Positions 1 to 13,400 of a stretch of DNA of 64,000 bases are shown piece by piece (positions within the stretch are counted from its first letter, which is position 1; each line of letters opens with the position of its first letter). This DNA is from Raillietiella orientalis (taxonomy: Eukaryota): assembly GCA_036172245.1 (NCBI GenBank), contig JAYWIR010000025.1, forward strand, positions 868,001-932,000. The letters are read 5' to 3'. The notes under the pieces were generated by a model, which had not been told where the DNA came from, searched no databases, and saw only the letters and a list, made by a program, of their open reading frames with translations. The position numbers were made by a program, and so were the translations under genes.

Positions 1-1099
1 GAGGAAAGCCGTTCCCATCACATGGAAGTAGGATTCTGGCATTTCCACGTTCGGAACACCAGGAAATCGGTGATCCATGTGCGCTCTTTGTTGAGGAGTC
101 CCAATCCATTTCTTATCAGAGAGAACGACTCCCGTTTCTTGAAAGCACATCTGCGTGCCCCCCTTCCCATTCTCCTCCCCTTTCCTGCTTTCCAATAGAA
201 GAATTTTCTCGTACCGAGGAGAGGGTTCAAAGAGATGAACCGGGAATGTGGTTCTCGGATTTGCGGATCCAATTCCTATTTGCTTGGCCAGCGTGCTTTT
301 TGATCCAGATTCCTGTTCCCTTAGGATTTCTTCCTGAAAGGGCATTCTTCTGGGTCATCTGGGTCGCGGTGTGCCATTGAATTTTTCTCTCATCACCTAG
401 TGTACCCAAATTGACTAAGGTTGAGGCTCAGCATAAGCCGTCGGCACTCTTCCGGGAATTTACCGAGACTGAATCTCTCATTCACTTCCGAAGAGCATGC
501 GGTTCCCTCATCGCGAGGCGCTCGTGATTCGCGCGCCCATTGAATGAGAATCCCCTCAGATGGCACGCGTCAGTTTGGGGTTCCCCCTCGGCACACGCGT
601 CCAGGCTCCTGTGACTTACCATGTCGGCTAGTTCGGGACGAAACACATGACCCGCCGTCTTCATCCGATTCCAGAGAAGTGAGAAAACTCTGTGCAAGGA
701 TTTCAGGGCTTTCCCTGAACAGTGAAGCCACCAGATCTTGCCTTATGTGAATGGGAATGCTACCACTGGTACAATTATAGCATATACAAAGGATTAAGAG
801 ACTGTGTGCCAGATGATAAATGTCACTGGCCACTGGAAGGCATCTAAAAACCGCCATCGCCGGCCCAAGTGGTTGGTGTTTGCACACAAAGCAAGTGCTC
901 GCAGCTATTTGTGTTCCCTGAATGTGGACAGAGAAAAGCTGATTTTTAATTACACGATCCATTTGATGGTCTGTGGATATCCCGTTCAGCGAGCAGGCAC
1001 GGGTACCATCGCAATAAGTAATCCACCTTCCCGCGCGGTCTTCGGAATTTCGAACGGCAGCCGCCATCGATGCCAGTCTTTATTTTAATGAAATTTTTG

Positions 1100-1800
1100 G
1101 TGACTTCTGTGCTGAGAAGAAGGGCGCGCTTTCAGATGACCTACTTATGCTCCGTGTGTGCAGTCTGCAGCGGGTTCGGCTGAGAGAGCAAAGCAGATGG
1201 AGAATTTCAAAGTGATGCGATTCGAATCTCTCTCCCTGGAACAAGAAATAGCGTAGTATGGATTTCATCCATCACAAGCAGGAAGGGTCACTGCGTCCCC
1301 TAAGGTCTTCACTTTATTCATTGAGATGAGCAGATTGAGGAGATGAGGTTCCCTGACAACACCTCGCACGGATGGCATCAGTTTCTTCCCTGAGCTCCGT
1401 CTTTTCGGCCTCGTCGATTCAGTCTAACAAAACACTTTCGTTCCAGTTGCTGCCACTCGCCATCGCGAATCAAAAGGGAACTTGCGTTCCCTGATCAAGA
1501 GGTAACTCCTGGATGCGTTCAGGTCAAGGCATCCTCAAGCACATGCTAAGCGAAACACGTTGATTCGCTTCCGTCTTGGTGGGTTTTTGTCTCTTTGCAC
1601 CCTCCAGTTTGCCATCCTCGGTTCGTCCGCTCACGTATGCTCCTGGAGAGAATGCCTTCATCCACGGAGCAGCGCTCAACAGTGCGGAGGGAAAGAACAG
1701 GAAGAATCCACAGCTTCAGCGTGCTTCTTCCTTTGCACATTTCATTTGCGGAATTCTATTTTTGTGAAAAAGCATTGGTAATAATTTTCAGGAAAGGCTG
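1100..1800 (-). mobile_element. Possible BEL/Pao gag relic
   Basis: VTLPACDG...YFLFQGERFE near 1210-1300 resembles the LPxFxG...F motif of Pao gag; otherwise unrecognisable. Confidence 0.3.
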
Positions 1801-2949
1801 TCTCGGGTAAGGTTCTTGTCATCCACGATATTTCTTCGGAATTTTAATTTTCCACACGTGCAAAAATAAAATAAAGAGGACGCGATTTTTTTTTTTTTTG
1901 CTGGTGGAGAGGGAAAATCAATTCGCAGATCCTTAGAGATGTGAGTGTAAATGTAGCCTTATAAAGTTATTTTTTCTCTGAACTAGAGCTGTTCGTGCTG
2001 AACTTCTCGCTAACCTGAAAAGGATGTTACTAGATTTGGCAGGTTATGAGAAAGAATCTGTGCCAAACTTTCGATTCAGAAGAGTAGAGTGGGCATTTCT
2101 AAGAATAGAATGGCAAGACTGATGTTCACGAAGAATATAAAAGATGCATAGAGCATTTTCCGACGTATTTGTGGTTCTATTCAGAGATCGCACAAGCATC
2201 AGAACATTCGTTTGTAACGCGTGATTGGTGAATTTAGCGTGTAAGGAACACTAAGTGTTTTTGTTTTTTTTTTTTTAAAAAAAAAGAAAAGGAAATGCAT
2301 GGCACAAAGGTATGAAACAGCTGGTACAGCGGTTTGCATATTTTCGAACTGAGTAACACTGCTCGACGCAGTGTCACCCTGTGTGGAACAAACGGTACGC
2401 CTGCTCTGTCACCCTGTTGATACCAAAATTCCCTTTTATTTTTATCTTCCCTCTTCGCAATTCAGGAACAAAGTAATTGAAACTCAGCTAAGTCGCTGGC
2501 TGGTAGGATGGAAGACGAGACTTCTATCTATATAATTATCGAGATCTAAAGGCGGGATTGATTTTCGTTTTCCGTCTCACGGAGCATAGGATTTCGCCAG
2601 GCTGGAAATAGTCTTTCCACTTGCACATCTATTCGCGAGCACTTGAGAAAGGTCCATCTCATTCCGCATCAGTTGCTGCAGCTGGTAGGAGTGAGATCGA
2701 GCTCTCTTAGCACTCACTACAATGCACTGAAGTACAAGAAGTTCCGCAGTCCTTGTGGCTGCCTTTTACCATTGTCTAACTTCACTGCGACTGCAGAAGC
2801 CACGTGGAAGAACGGATCGTTTCAATACGGTACAGACCGTACAATGGAGACTTCTCATGCACACCTGGATCTCCTTGATCCTTTGCTGCTGGGAAGTTCT
2901 TAGGTGGCCCTCATTCAAGTGGATTCACAATTCACAACCTATTTCCGAA

Positions 2950-5900
2950 ACTGCATCTTCCAATGCTCTTCGTGAGGGTTGAGAACGAGGGCCTCAAATG
3001 CAGCTCTTGCGTAGAGGTTGACACTTTCCACTGCGGTCAAGTGACCTCGCTCTCGAGTGATCGGACTTTATCAAGGTAATCCCTGCTCAGAGCTGCAGTC
3101 AAGTACAACGACTGCACTGCGGTTTTCGAAAACCTGACCCACCACGCAGTGGTAGTTCGTGTTCTTTAATACCACCACAGGGTTGCGATCTCACCCCTCC
3201 GAATCAAATTGACCCCTTCACTCAAGAAACAGAACCTTATGGTAAAGTCGCGAGTCTTTGTCCGGTGGCAGCATCCGTGTAATAATATAGATGTAAAGGA
3301 GCACCACCGCATGGAAAAGCAAATAAGAACACGGACTGGAAGCGAGGTGCTTCTGCTTTTTAAAAAGATAATGCTTTAGAGGGGTAAACCTGTCACAAAT
3401 CACATCCGGCATACCCATGCTGAACAAGGGATCTCAACATTTTGCTCCAGAAACATTTCTGTTGAACAATTCTCCACAAGCTCTCCTCAGTTTGGTAGGA
3501 TTGAGAATTTTTTCTTTGGATTGGTAATCCGAATTTCCAATTCTCTTTATTTTTTGCCCACCTATTGTGTTGGTCTCTTCGAGAATCACAGCCCTATTAG
3601 TTCTATAAGAGTCGTTTCCTTCTGCTTCTCCTGGATCGAGTGTGAACGTGGAAGAAGTTCCTATTCCCTTTCATGTGAGTTCTCCGATTACCGCACACTG
3701 CAGTTGTTGTGCACATGGATTCATCTCGTGTCCAGACTGTCCACTTAGTTTCGAAGTTGGGCTTCCTAGGGCTTTACGATATGCTCTCTGTCAATTAGCA
3801 TTGTACGGCTCTTTCGTACTAACAAATGAAACAGTTCCGCAGAGAGGCTTTTGGTGTTTGTTGCAACTCGTTGTACGACAAGTAAATCAGGGTTGAACCA
3901 TTAGGTAATTGATCTAATTTGATTGCTGAAATCACTGGATGGTAACATCCGATCACCGATACACGTTTTCACACATCTTTGAACAAAAACGGGACGAAAA
4001 ATCACGTGCATCTACACTTGACAGGGTATATGAAAGGTGCACACAATTCTCACTATTCTTGGACACCCTTTAAAGTACATGAAAACAAATTGCCTTCAGC
4101 TTCAGAAATCCTTTGATCTCTGTGCATCTCTTTGAAGTATCTCCGGGATTCCGACGTGAACAGCTAATTTCTGATGCCTCTTTACAATCTGAATGAATGG
4201 GTTCCATTTTTCCTATGGTTAACGCCCACCTTCTCTTTCCCGGCTCTGAATCCAAGTATTCTGTGTCGCAAGTAATGCAGCTTGAAAAAATCGTTAATCA
4301 TCTACTGTACTTCAAGTGATGCTGCTGTAGCTGTCCTGCATGGGACCACTCGAACTTCAGATCCGAACGAAGCAATACGTATCTCCGACAAAACATGGGA
4401 AGTGTTGAGCATCAGGAAACTCCTAGTTCTGAGTTTCCATACCTGAAGGAGTTACATCAGTGTTATCCAAGATTGCTAAGGAATAGCTCTACTTTCTGGT
4501 TCTTCCTTATCATCTACCGTATGACGAACACTGCTTGGTTCTGTTCTTAGTCTACTCACACTTCTTTGATCTTGATTCGTCGGAAGACATGGAATGTAAG
4601 TTTCAGGAATCAAACCCATGTTAACTTCTGTGTGGGCTCTGAAGGAGAACTGAACTGAGAACAAACCGTTTGCTATCACCTTATTGTCAATGAAATGGCC
4701 CCAGGGTCAAAAACCTATCATCCCTGGATCATTGAAGAGACGGAAAGGATCTGCTTCCCTGTTTTGATTCTAGGAGAGCAGAACTACAAAATTCTTCCCA
4801 TTGCTTACAGTGAACCTATCTCCCCTCGAGATAGAGGGAGGACGTGGAAGACCGCGCCTTTTCAAGAACGTAAGCGACAGTTTCTGGATGCCATTCCTTC
4901 AGAGTTCAACTCCGCGGTCTTTCAGATGAATTCTTCCGGACTATCCGTTTGATTCTGCGAGAGACCCATTCTCGTTTGTTCTCACTGGTTAAAGCCGCAG
5001 AAGCAAGGGACCCTGAAACACCTTCTGCTTCTTAATACCGAAAACGAATAGAGACTTGAGACAAGCCGCTCACAGCTAACCGACAATGATGACAGTTGAG
5101 CCAACTGAACAAGAGCACATTTTTTTCGTTTCTTTTTTGCATTCTCTTCTCCTGACAGGAGCGTGAAAGCTCCTTATTTGCTCAACAACATTCTGCCCAG
5201 AATGCTGCGAACGCCTTTCTGGATCGTAAAGGAGAGCTGTGAAATTTCAATCAACGTGGCTTTTCCCACCTACTCAGTGGTCTGAACGAAGCAGGAACAT
5301 ATGCAGAAGTGCTTGTTGACATTCTTCTAGGGGACAATGAGACCGAGAGGAATTGAAGAAACGCTTTCTATGGAGAGCGGAAGAGCTGTGCCTCTTCAGA
5401 GAGCCTCCCTTGCTTTAGTGGGAAGTCTCCATTGAGTAACTCCTCGTGGCACTTGCTCTTCGGCAGTAGAGAGCTAAACAGGTTGCCATCATATAAACAT
5501 GTCTATCGTGCATGAGAAACTCTACGGTTGAGACAGGCAGCAACGGTGCAAGCACTTCTAATGGAGGACGTCGAAGTGGCACCCGAGATGATCATGCGGT
5601 TGCCTCCGAAATTCGACACCTCTGTCACCCTGAGAAGCACAGGAGGAAGAGCAAAGCAAAACTACTCGATTCTATCCAAAATGCTAGTGGTAAGCGGGAA
5701 ATGGTTAGGACTTTCTTAGTTGCAGCTAATAGGCTTTTCCTCCTTGAAATATAACAACTGCGACTCCTCACGTTACTGCCCCTGCAACGCGGCAGTAACC
5801 TGAGGAGGGATTTCGTCCACCGCTCCATGGAAGCCCTCTTCAAATCAACATCAGAAGGTCAAGAGTATATTGAAAACTTTCATTAAGATGCATTCTTGCT

Positions 5901-6100
5901 ATGGTGGATGTCGATTACCGAATGGCACACGATGTGGCGAACACGAGGAGTAGACACGAGTGGACAAGACAGCGAAGCAGCATGATCTTCGGCAGAAGAC
6001 CCGAATCGTCATTGCTCTGATTCCGAAATGCCTCAAGAGTTCGATCATCTGTCGAGGTCTAGAGGGCAGCTCCAGCTTTTCGAAAAATGGGATTTGGGAT
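2950..6100 (-). mobile_element. Highly decayed BEL/Pao LTR retrotransposon internal region
   Basis: Frameshifted motifs in the expected order on the minus strand: Cys/His knuckle remnants (~5900-6000), RQILS...VFDP (cf. KRxILS...IFDPLG, ~4700-4750), LTI/QAALLA (cf. LTIPRLELxAALL, ~4270-4300), WIQS, NPGDTSKR (cf. NPADxxSRG, ~4140), GMPDVICD (integrase, ~3400) and VVVLKNELP (~3160). LTRs not identified. Confidence 0.6.
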
Positions 6101-7559
6101 GGTCTTGCACCTTCCCATTCTGAGCAGACATGCTGCAACGCGGGGGTCGAAGCTCCGCTGGGAGAGGTCTGGTAAGGGAAGGAGTAGAATGTTCCGGCAG
6201 AGTTGGACACGGTGACAGGACGTCCTCTGCTTCCGAGGGGAAGTCCCTTCCTTGGGAGCCGTGTCTTGCGCTTCCCAAATAACTGTGACAGTTGCACGGT
6301 ACAAGGTGTGTTATTTAATTTTTTTTCTTTCTCCCCATGATTGAATCGGTGTAGGTATCGGAGTTTGTGATCTAGAAAATCCGTGATCCCTTTGGTCACT
6401 TTGCTTATTAGTGAAATCGAAGTGGAAGGAACCCTGGAAATACCTGAGATCAATTGCGTGAGCTCATTTTAGAAGCACTTTGCGTTTAGCCGTTAATCTA
6501 TGAAATTGGCGTACTGCAATTATAAAAAAAAAGTAAAAAATGAAAAAGGAAAGGGAGGGGAAGGCAATTTCCTTTTTCCTCAATTGCGCGCGCGTGTTGT
6601 TTTCTATACGGAAGCTAACTGGGAAGCTCCGCCAAGTCTTGGATAGGCGAGGGAACGCCCCACAGAGTAAAGTTCGAAAGCCACACTTCAAGCGGTCTCC
6701 TTGACGAGGGAATGTCACGAAACTTTGCTCTGAGAAGAGACGGAGCTAAATGTAGTCTCGGGACTGCGCTAGTTTTGCTCAATGAGGCAGAGCGATGCCC
6801 GCTGCTGCGCAGATCAACCACAATGTCACGCTTTGCACCTCATTTTTTTTCCTCTCCTCTCGAAAACTGGTGAATCCGGGCATCCAAATTACCTAAAAAT
6901 GAAATCATTTGGGTCCAGAATTCTCCACTTCCGTAAGAGAAGGGGGGAAAAAGGTCTCTTATCTAAGCACTGGAGCTGCCCGCTGTGGATGCGCCTTCAG
7001 ATCAGAAAATGCCCTTTTAAATCTGCAACTTTTTGCTGTAATGGTGTCGAGGGGTATGTACGGTGGCTCCAGGAAAAGCTATGGTGTACACGCGGTTCCT
7101 CGGATGATTCCTCGGAGTGCTGCGCCAACATCAGCGTCTGTGATTCCTCCGCAAGCTGGAACCGTCTCATTGTAACTTCTAAAAGGAGAAGAGGCTGAGA
7201 AAGGAGTCTGAATTCCTGAGTTGATGACGTCTCCAGACGAGTTGCGTTCAGTGGTGTTTCACTGGTGTTTTTTTCTTTTTCTTTTTTTTTTTTTTTTTTA
7301 CAAGTGGGGACTGTTTCATGCTTTAATTTCCGGTATGTACCGACGATTCGAGAGGAAGCACACCATCCAGGAAACAGTTCCCCCCCTTCACTCTCTTATC
7401 CTGTTCCCTCAGGAAACTACTTCAGAAACCAAGACTTCGAGCTCCGTTAAACCTTGTTTTTTTTTTTTCTAAACCGGCATGTGGTTGGCTCCTTGAGATT
7501 TCACCGAGTACTTAGTCCGTTTCTGTCCATCGATTTTCTTTGAAATTTTTGTGCTCGTA

Positions 7560-8230
7560 AGAGAAGAGGCTTCGGAGCCGAACGCGTCACCGTTCCCATT
7601 GCCTTCTCATGAGTTCTGCCGCCCGGCCGAGGGCAGAAACGCCATCCGCGAGGCGTTTCCTTCTGCACCGACCATGTCCCGGGAGAGCGTTCCAGAAGAC
7701 GCCGGTGGAGAACGGGGTGAGAGAAACACGCCGGCGTTTCCTAACCTCCTGGTGCCGCAGCACCCCGACCTCTCTTCGCTCCACATCGTCCCCCTGCGTC
7801 CCGGGATCCTACGCACCCTGCGACAATCAGGGCCCAGCGGCGGTTCTCTTGCCGTTTTCTGTTTCCTTCCTGTGTCTAAGATCCTGCAGAGCCTCTGGGA
7901 GAAGCCTTCGGTGGAGGAGCAGTGGAAGCTCAGCATGACGGCGCGCCCTGTCCTTCTCCTTGAGGCAGCGGGTCCAGTCTGAGTGGGGAAGGGGGGGGGA
8001 TCGACGCCAGGAGTTCTGGCCCCCAACTGTCGGTTCTTCCGAGCATCTCTCTTGTGTTACCCGCTACCATCTCGTTGTCGCACCTCCGCAAGATGGGAGG
8101 ATGGGCTGCGGATGCAACGATCCAGGTGGCGTGCGAGCGATCCCTCCTAGGTTGGGGCTCCTGGCTGCGCAGCTTCGTGGTGGGCTTAGTTCGTGCGCGA
8201 GAGCGGGAGGTGCCGCATGCGTGAACAGGT
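7560..8230 (+). mobile_element. Degenerate L1/Tx1-like fragment (EN-RT linker / RT N-terminus)
   Basis: GC-rich; GERNTPAFPNL resembles the GExxTxxFxxL linker motif; EFWP resembles the RT domain-0 region; many frameshifts. Confidence 0.4.
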
Positions 8231-8328
8231 AGCCATCAAACTTTACGTGTGTTTTCCGCCGAAGAGGAAGCGTTCTGATGCTTCTGCATGAAAGACTTGA
8301 TCCGGAGCTCGATCGCGGCTGCTGATTA

Positions 8329-10460
8329 TCACCCGGGTGCGCCGGGGCGTTTATTAAAAACTATCCGGGAACAGAGTTCCTGGACAAAGGAAAAACAAGA
8401 GACGAAGGGGGTGGGATCCCCGACACGCAGGTCGGTATGCCGAAAGTCCGGAACGGGAGGGAGGGGACCACAAATACACTCCTATAAAAAATAAAAATAA
8501 AGATATGGAGGGCAGGGGACAGGGGTCTTTGGTTCGGCCGTTTCCTTCCTTTCAGAACCGGTGATGGATGCCGGCGATCTCTCTCCTCACGCTCTCTGGT
8601 AGGTGGGCCCACTCGGCAGCCGACGACATGCTCGCGCTGGCTAATCCGGTGGGCTGAGAAGGATGGCCAGCTTCTCCAACTCTCGGTGGGCCTTGTCGAT
8701 GGCGCAGGTGCAACACACGGTTGCAACGACAGCACCTAAAGACAGGCCGCCTGGCGTGAAGAAGCGGCGCATCAAGTCTCTCGCGGTGTCCCCCTGGTGC
8801 AGGAGAGCTGAGGCCAGCCTCCGCCACAGTCCTAGGAGGGCACCGCAGTCCAGGAGCAGGTGCGGGAGCGTTTCCACTTTTCCGCACCGCTTACAGTTTG
8901 GGGAGACAACTCCCCCGGAAACACGGTTCGTGCGCTGGTTGGAGTGAAAACCCCAATGCACCAGCATGATGACGTCCTGCTTCCACGAAAGGGGGAACAC
9001 AGAAGTGTTCAAACAGGAGGGAGGGACCAAAAGTTCTTCGGGGGCCACACTTAAGTGTTCACTCCACCGAAGGAGTCCCTTCGGAACGTGGCGAGGCGTG
9101 GCGGCATCTGCCAGCTCGCAAGTCCTCCAGCCGCCAATGGGTCGTGTTGTTCCTGCGATGGTGCAAGCGACCTCCCATCTCGCCGGTTCGCAGCTGTCAT
9201 CTCTTGCCCTGAGGGCTGACAGTGCGTCGGCGAGGGGGGTGACGGCCAGGCGGGTCCACTTCTCCTGGCTGTTGCACACCTCATCCACCGTGCAGTACGG
9301 GGAGAGGTGAGCGCAACGGAGTTCCAGGAGGGAAACATCCTGGTGCTTTGCCCAGCCATGCAACGGTTCCGGCCGCCAGGCTTCAAAGTTCGTTGGGCGG
9401 CAGGAGATCCATTCCTGAGCTTCCAGGAGCCGGTATAGTGGTTTCATCGGGAAACCGAAACTTCTCGTGGCGCGCTCCGTGTGCGGCCGCAGCGACAGAA
9501 GTCCATCGCTGCCGGTGCAGCGCCGCAGAAGCAGGCGCGCGGGAGCGCACCACGGAGTGGACCAAAAGTTGGCGCACAGGGCCAACATCCGAAGCTGCAC
9601 CTGCAGCTCGATTCTCTCCAGCGTCAGGATGCCTAAGCCGGCATCCCGACGCGGAGCCGCCAAGTCTTTGAGGCGGATCCTGGACCTCGCAGGTCCCCAC
9701 AGAGCGTTCCTCAACAAGCTGTGCGCCTGGAGCTTGGCCGAGTAGGGGGGCGGGCAAACAAAAAGCAGGGGGCGCAAGAGGGGGGCAACGAAGGTGTGTC
9801 ATATCGCCGCTCGCTCCGACAGGAGGAACCTGCCATGGTGGAACGGGCTCAGAGCACTCGTAGCCTTCCGTAGGCAGTCCGACCACACTTCCACTGGGCT
9901 GATGTTCTTCAGCGGAACGCCCAGATATTGCATGGACGAAGCGGTCGGGATCCCCAGGCGGATCCAGTCGGACTGCCCCTTCCACGCCGCACCAATAGGA
10001 ACGACCACGCTCTTGCTCCGGTTTACGCTCATGCCAGCTCCCCGGCGAATCAGCTCGAAGAAATCCTCGAGACTGGACGCCGGGGTGGTCATGGGTAAAA
10101 GGAGAAGCAGGTCGTCGTCATAGGCCGCCACGGACGGCGTTCCTGGACAGGAGCTCGGCAGGTTGGCCAGCGTCAGCCTGTATGCCCTCAGCACCAACTC
10201 AAAGAAGATGCTGAAGAGCAACGGGCTTAAGCTGTCGCCCTGCCTGATGCCCCGCCGCACCGGCACGCCGTACACGTGGCAGCCGCTGGAAAAGCCGCTG
10301 ATTTGCTAAGGGGATGCCCGTGCTTCCTTGCGTTGAAGGCTGCGCAAGCTTGAGGCGATATCTTCTTTCCCGTCTTCCAGTCGGATGCGCTTTCCCTCGA
10401 CGTTAATCGAGGTCCACTGCTGGTAGACGTTCGGGTCTCTCTCACTCTTAGAGAGGTGGA
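8329..10460 (-). mobile_element. 5'-truncated L1/Tx1-clade non-LTR retrotransposon (RT C-terminal half, zf-RVT, 3' UTR), inactive
   Basis: GIRQGDSLSPLLF, AYDDD (YADD variant), GMSVNRSKS, QYLGVPL, AGLGI and CKRCGKVETLPHLLLDC. ORFs 9799-10275 and 8641-9777 are the same frame, split by one TGA. The true C-terminus is probably WAHLPESVRREIAGIHHRF* (stop 8552) after a frameshift. GC-rich relative to host genes. The 5' limit is approximate. Confidence 0.85.
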
Positions 10461-13400
10461 AGCAGTCTGGAAAACCTGACCGTAGTTCGTTCAGGGTTTC
10501 TTGACTGGCAGTGGACCATCGACTGGAAGTTGACTTACATGATAGAGGCTTCGTTTTTTGGCTTTCTTTGATGGGGGTCGTTGTTACCTTGGTGCTCTTC
10601 AAGAATGTTTCCCCACCCCTCAGCCCCATTTTCTTTCCATTCTCGAAATAGCAGTTTACTTGCCAAACTTACTTTTGCAACCGTACATGGCATGCCTCTT
10701 CTGTTCTAACCTTGATGTTGTCATGGCGCTTTCGTCTATCCTCCAGTAGAGGCTCATCGCTCTACAGAGGATTCCGCTCTCCTACATTCGGAATATTTAC
10801 CCTTAAATATTCAGAAATGATCCTTTTGTGTCTTCTGTACACAAAGCAATCAAATGCCATGTCCGTCTGCTGCTCAACACACTTCACAGCGAAAGTGGCT
10901 AGTTGACAAGTTCCGCCGTGCTTTAATGTTGACACCTCAGTGAAGAGTAACGAAGGTTTCACCTTTATGCAGTACATAGAGTGCACACTCAGTTGTGGAT
11001 CATCTGTCTCTAGGCGTCACAGTCACTGATATAGGTGGTTTTTCGTTTTTGGATTTTCGGGTTGCATACGATATCTGAAATGAGCCACACTCATCGGGAT
11101 GTGCGAGGGAAGAACTGGATGCGACTCTGCAGTAGTTTTTGGCGGCAAAAATGCAGGAAATAGGAAGGCATATAAAGAAAAGAATCGGGAAGTCGAAATG
11201 GAATAATCCGAGTCTTTCTTTCAGGAACGAGCTTTTTATAGAAGACTTCAGTAACCACATGAACAGCACGCTCAAGTAATTCCAGGAAATGGAGATGGAG
11301 AGTTGTTTCCATAGTTGAGACAAAAGACCACCCAAGTCATTAACTCAAGCGTTTAATGATTCTGTTGCAGATGAGTGGTATGATTCATCTAAGAATGTCT
11401 GTGAGACATCCGTATTCAGAACCAATTCAGAAGTGTTGGCTCAACTGCTTGCTCTTCCACCTTTCGAATGAGGGGGATTTGTGGAACGGAGATTAAGCGA
11501 GGACGTTCTTGTCGATCGCTTCTCTGAAGCAACAGAGATGAGGACCATCTACCGAGACGCGACTGGTCCACGTATCAGCTTGCTTTGCATGGAGATGACA
11601 GCTGGTATTTAGCTAGCCCGTAAGGTCATTTCCATTTAATCGGTGGGTTGCAAAAGTTTTTTTTTTTTTTCGCACTTTTAGTGAGTGAAGATTCAATCTT
11701 TCCATCCACAATATCGATCCACATTTTGAACATCGTTATCATCAGGCAAGAGCAGAATGCTGCAGTTCAGAACTCGGTCAATAAAAAGAGGAGAAATGCA
11801 TGGTAAAGAAGGAGCTTCTTTCTTTTAGGGAGTGCTCAGTGTCTTGGATGCGTTCCAAGAAAGTGTTTCGGAATCTTGGTGGAAAAACGAAGCTCTGGAG
11901 TTGGCTGTCGTCAGTTGCTGGAACCCAGAACCAACAGAAAGCCCATTTTCCCTCTTCTTAACAGATAAATATTTGGTCTTCGAAGAGGAAACCAGGGGCT
12001 CACTAGGCAACTCTCGATGCAAGGAAGGGTACGTGAATTTCAGCGCTGCTCCTAGCGTTGACGTTGTTGATATCTCCAGAAGCTCCACCCTACAAATCTG
12101 ATCTAATTTTCTCGTCTAAGTTCGCATTATTCTTTTCTTGGATTACAACGGACCGAAGCTGCTTCGGTGCCCACGCTAAGGTTACGTCACGTGCGGTGCA
12201 TCCTACTGATTCAAGTGCTGGCGTCATTCCCAAGTGTTTTCCTCCGAGTTCCTAGTCACTCAGGCCGGCGCTGTGCCGAGATCCAAGGTGCTCGAAATTG
12301 CACCCGGATCAGCACCCGAATCGTGCCTGACGGCGTTGTGCTCTCTTTCCTCCTCTGTGATTTTTGGAAAGCCGGAAATTTCCAAGATCGCCTACTATGT
12401 GGATGTGTGTCCAGTCAGCATGTCCCTAAGAATCCAGCGATCTCCTAGAGAAGGGAGACCGCCTAATCACAATGGGATTTGCTGGAAAATTCTGTTGTCG
12501 TATTTTTCTCAGACTCTTGGGAGGAGTATCAGTCTTGGAGTCACTGATGTTATCTTCACAAAGGAGCTGCTACAGCTTTTCATAGCCCGGCAAAAGAAAA
12601 AAACTCTCATCCAAAGCTGCTGTAAGATTCCTAGTGGTTTTGTTAGTAAGTGAACCAAGAAGGTCACCGACGCCCTCCCACTGCGATCCCTGTAAGCCAG
12701 CCTCCTTGCTTTCACCGGAAGCACACCGCCGTCCGTTTGCCATGGTGATTAAGCAAGCGTGAGAAAATTTCTTTGATCTCACCGCTTCGGCTTCAAATTT
12801 TTTTGCTCCTCTTGAAAAATTTCAGATCTACAACGACTGAGAACGACGTCAGCATCAAAGAAAACGCGGAAACTATGAACCATTTAAAGAAGATGTGGAA
12901 TGACTCTATTCGGAAGCCTGGAATCTTCTGCGTCGCTAGATCTTGTAAGATGGCCTCGTACTGCATGTCATAATCCCCAATGGAATAGTGACCTTATAAG
13001 GTGAGTACATGGAGGTGCGTGGACAAATAGAAGCACCAGAAGACCTTCTTCTTTGCCTCAATAAAGCATTCGTTTTATCCTGAAAGACTTAGTCTTTTCC
13101 CAGAAGCAGCATGGCCAGTTTCAAAATCAAGCATGGTACCTTTTGTTTATCAGCAAGCGAATGTCAAGATAAAGATACTGAGATATGCTCTGGAATATCA
13201 AGTAAATCTATTACTACTATTCACTTTAAATGCATACTTTTCAAATGCTTTTCTAAATGCTCTCGGCAGTTCCCAGAAAACAAGATCATAACTAAAGGTA
13301 TACAGCTACAGGATTTTCTACGGATTTGGATTTTCTAGAGAGAAACACTCTACGAAAGTTCGAAGCGGAATAGTTTAGAAGCTCACTTAAGACTGGACTC

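Noticed and set aside
790..960. HWP plus Cys-rich remnants like a piggyBac C-terminus
   Set aside because: Needs multiple frameshifts; no TIR or TTAA support.
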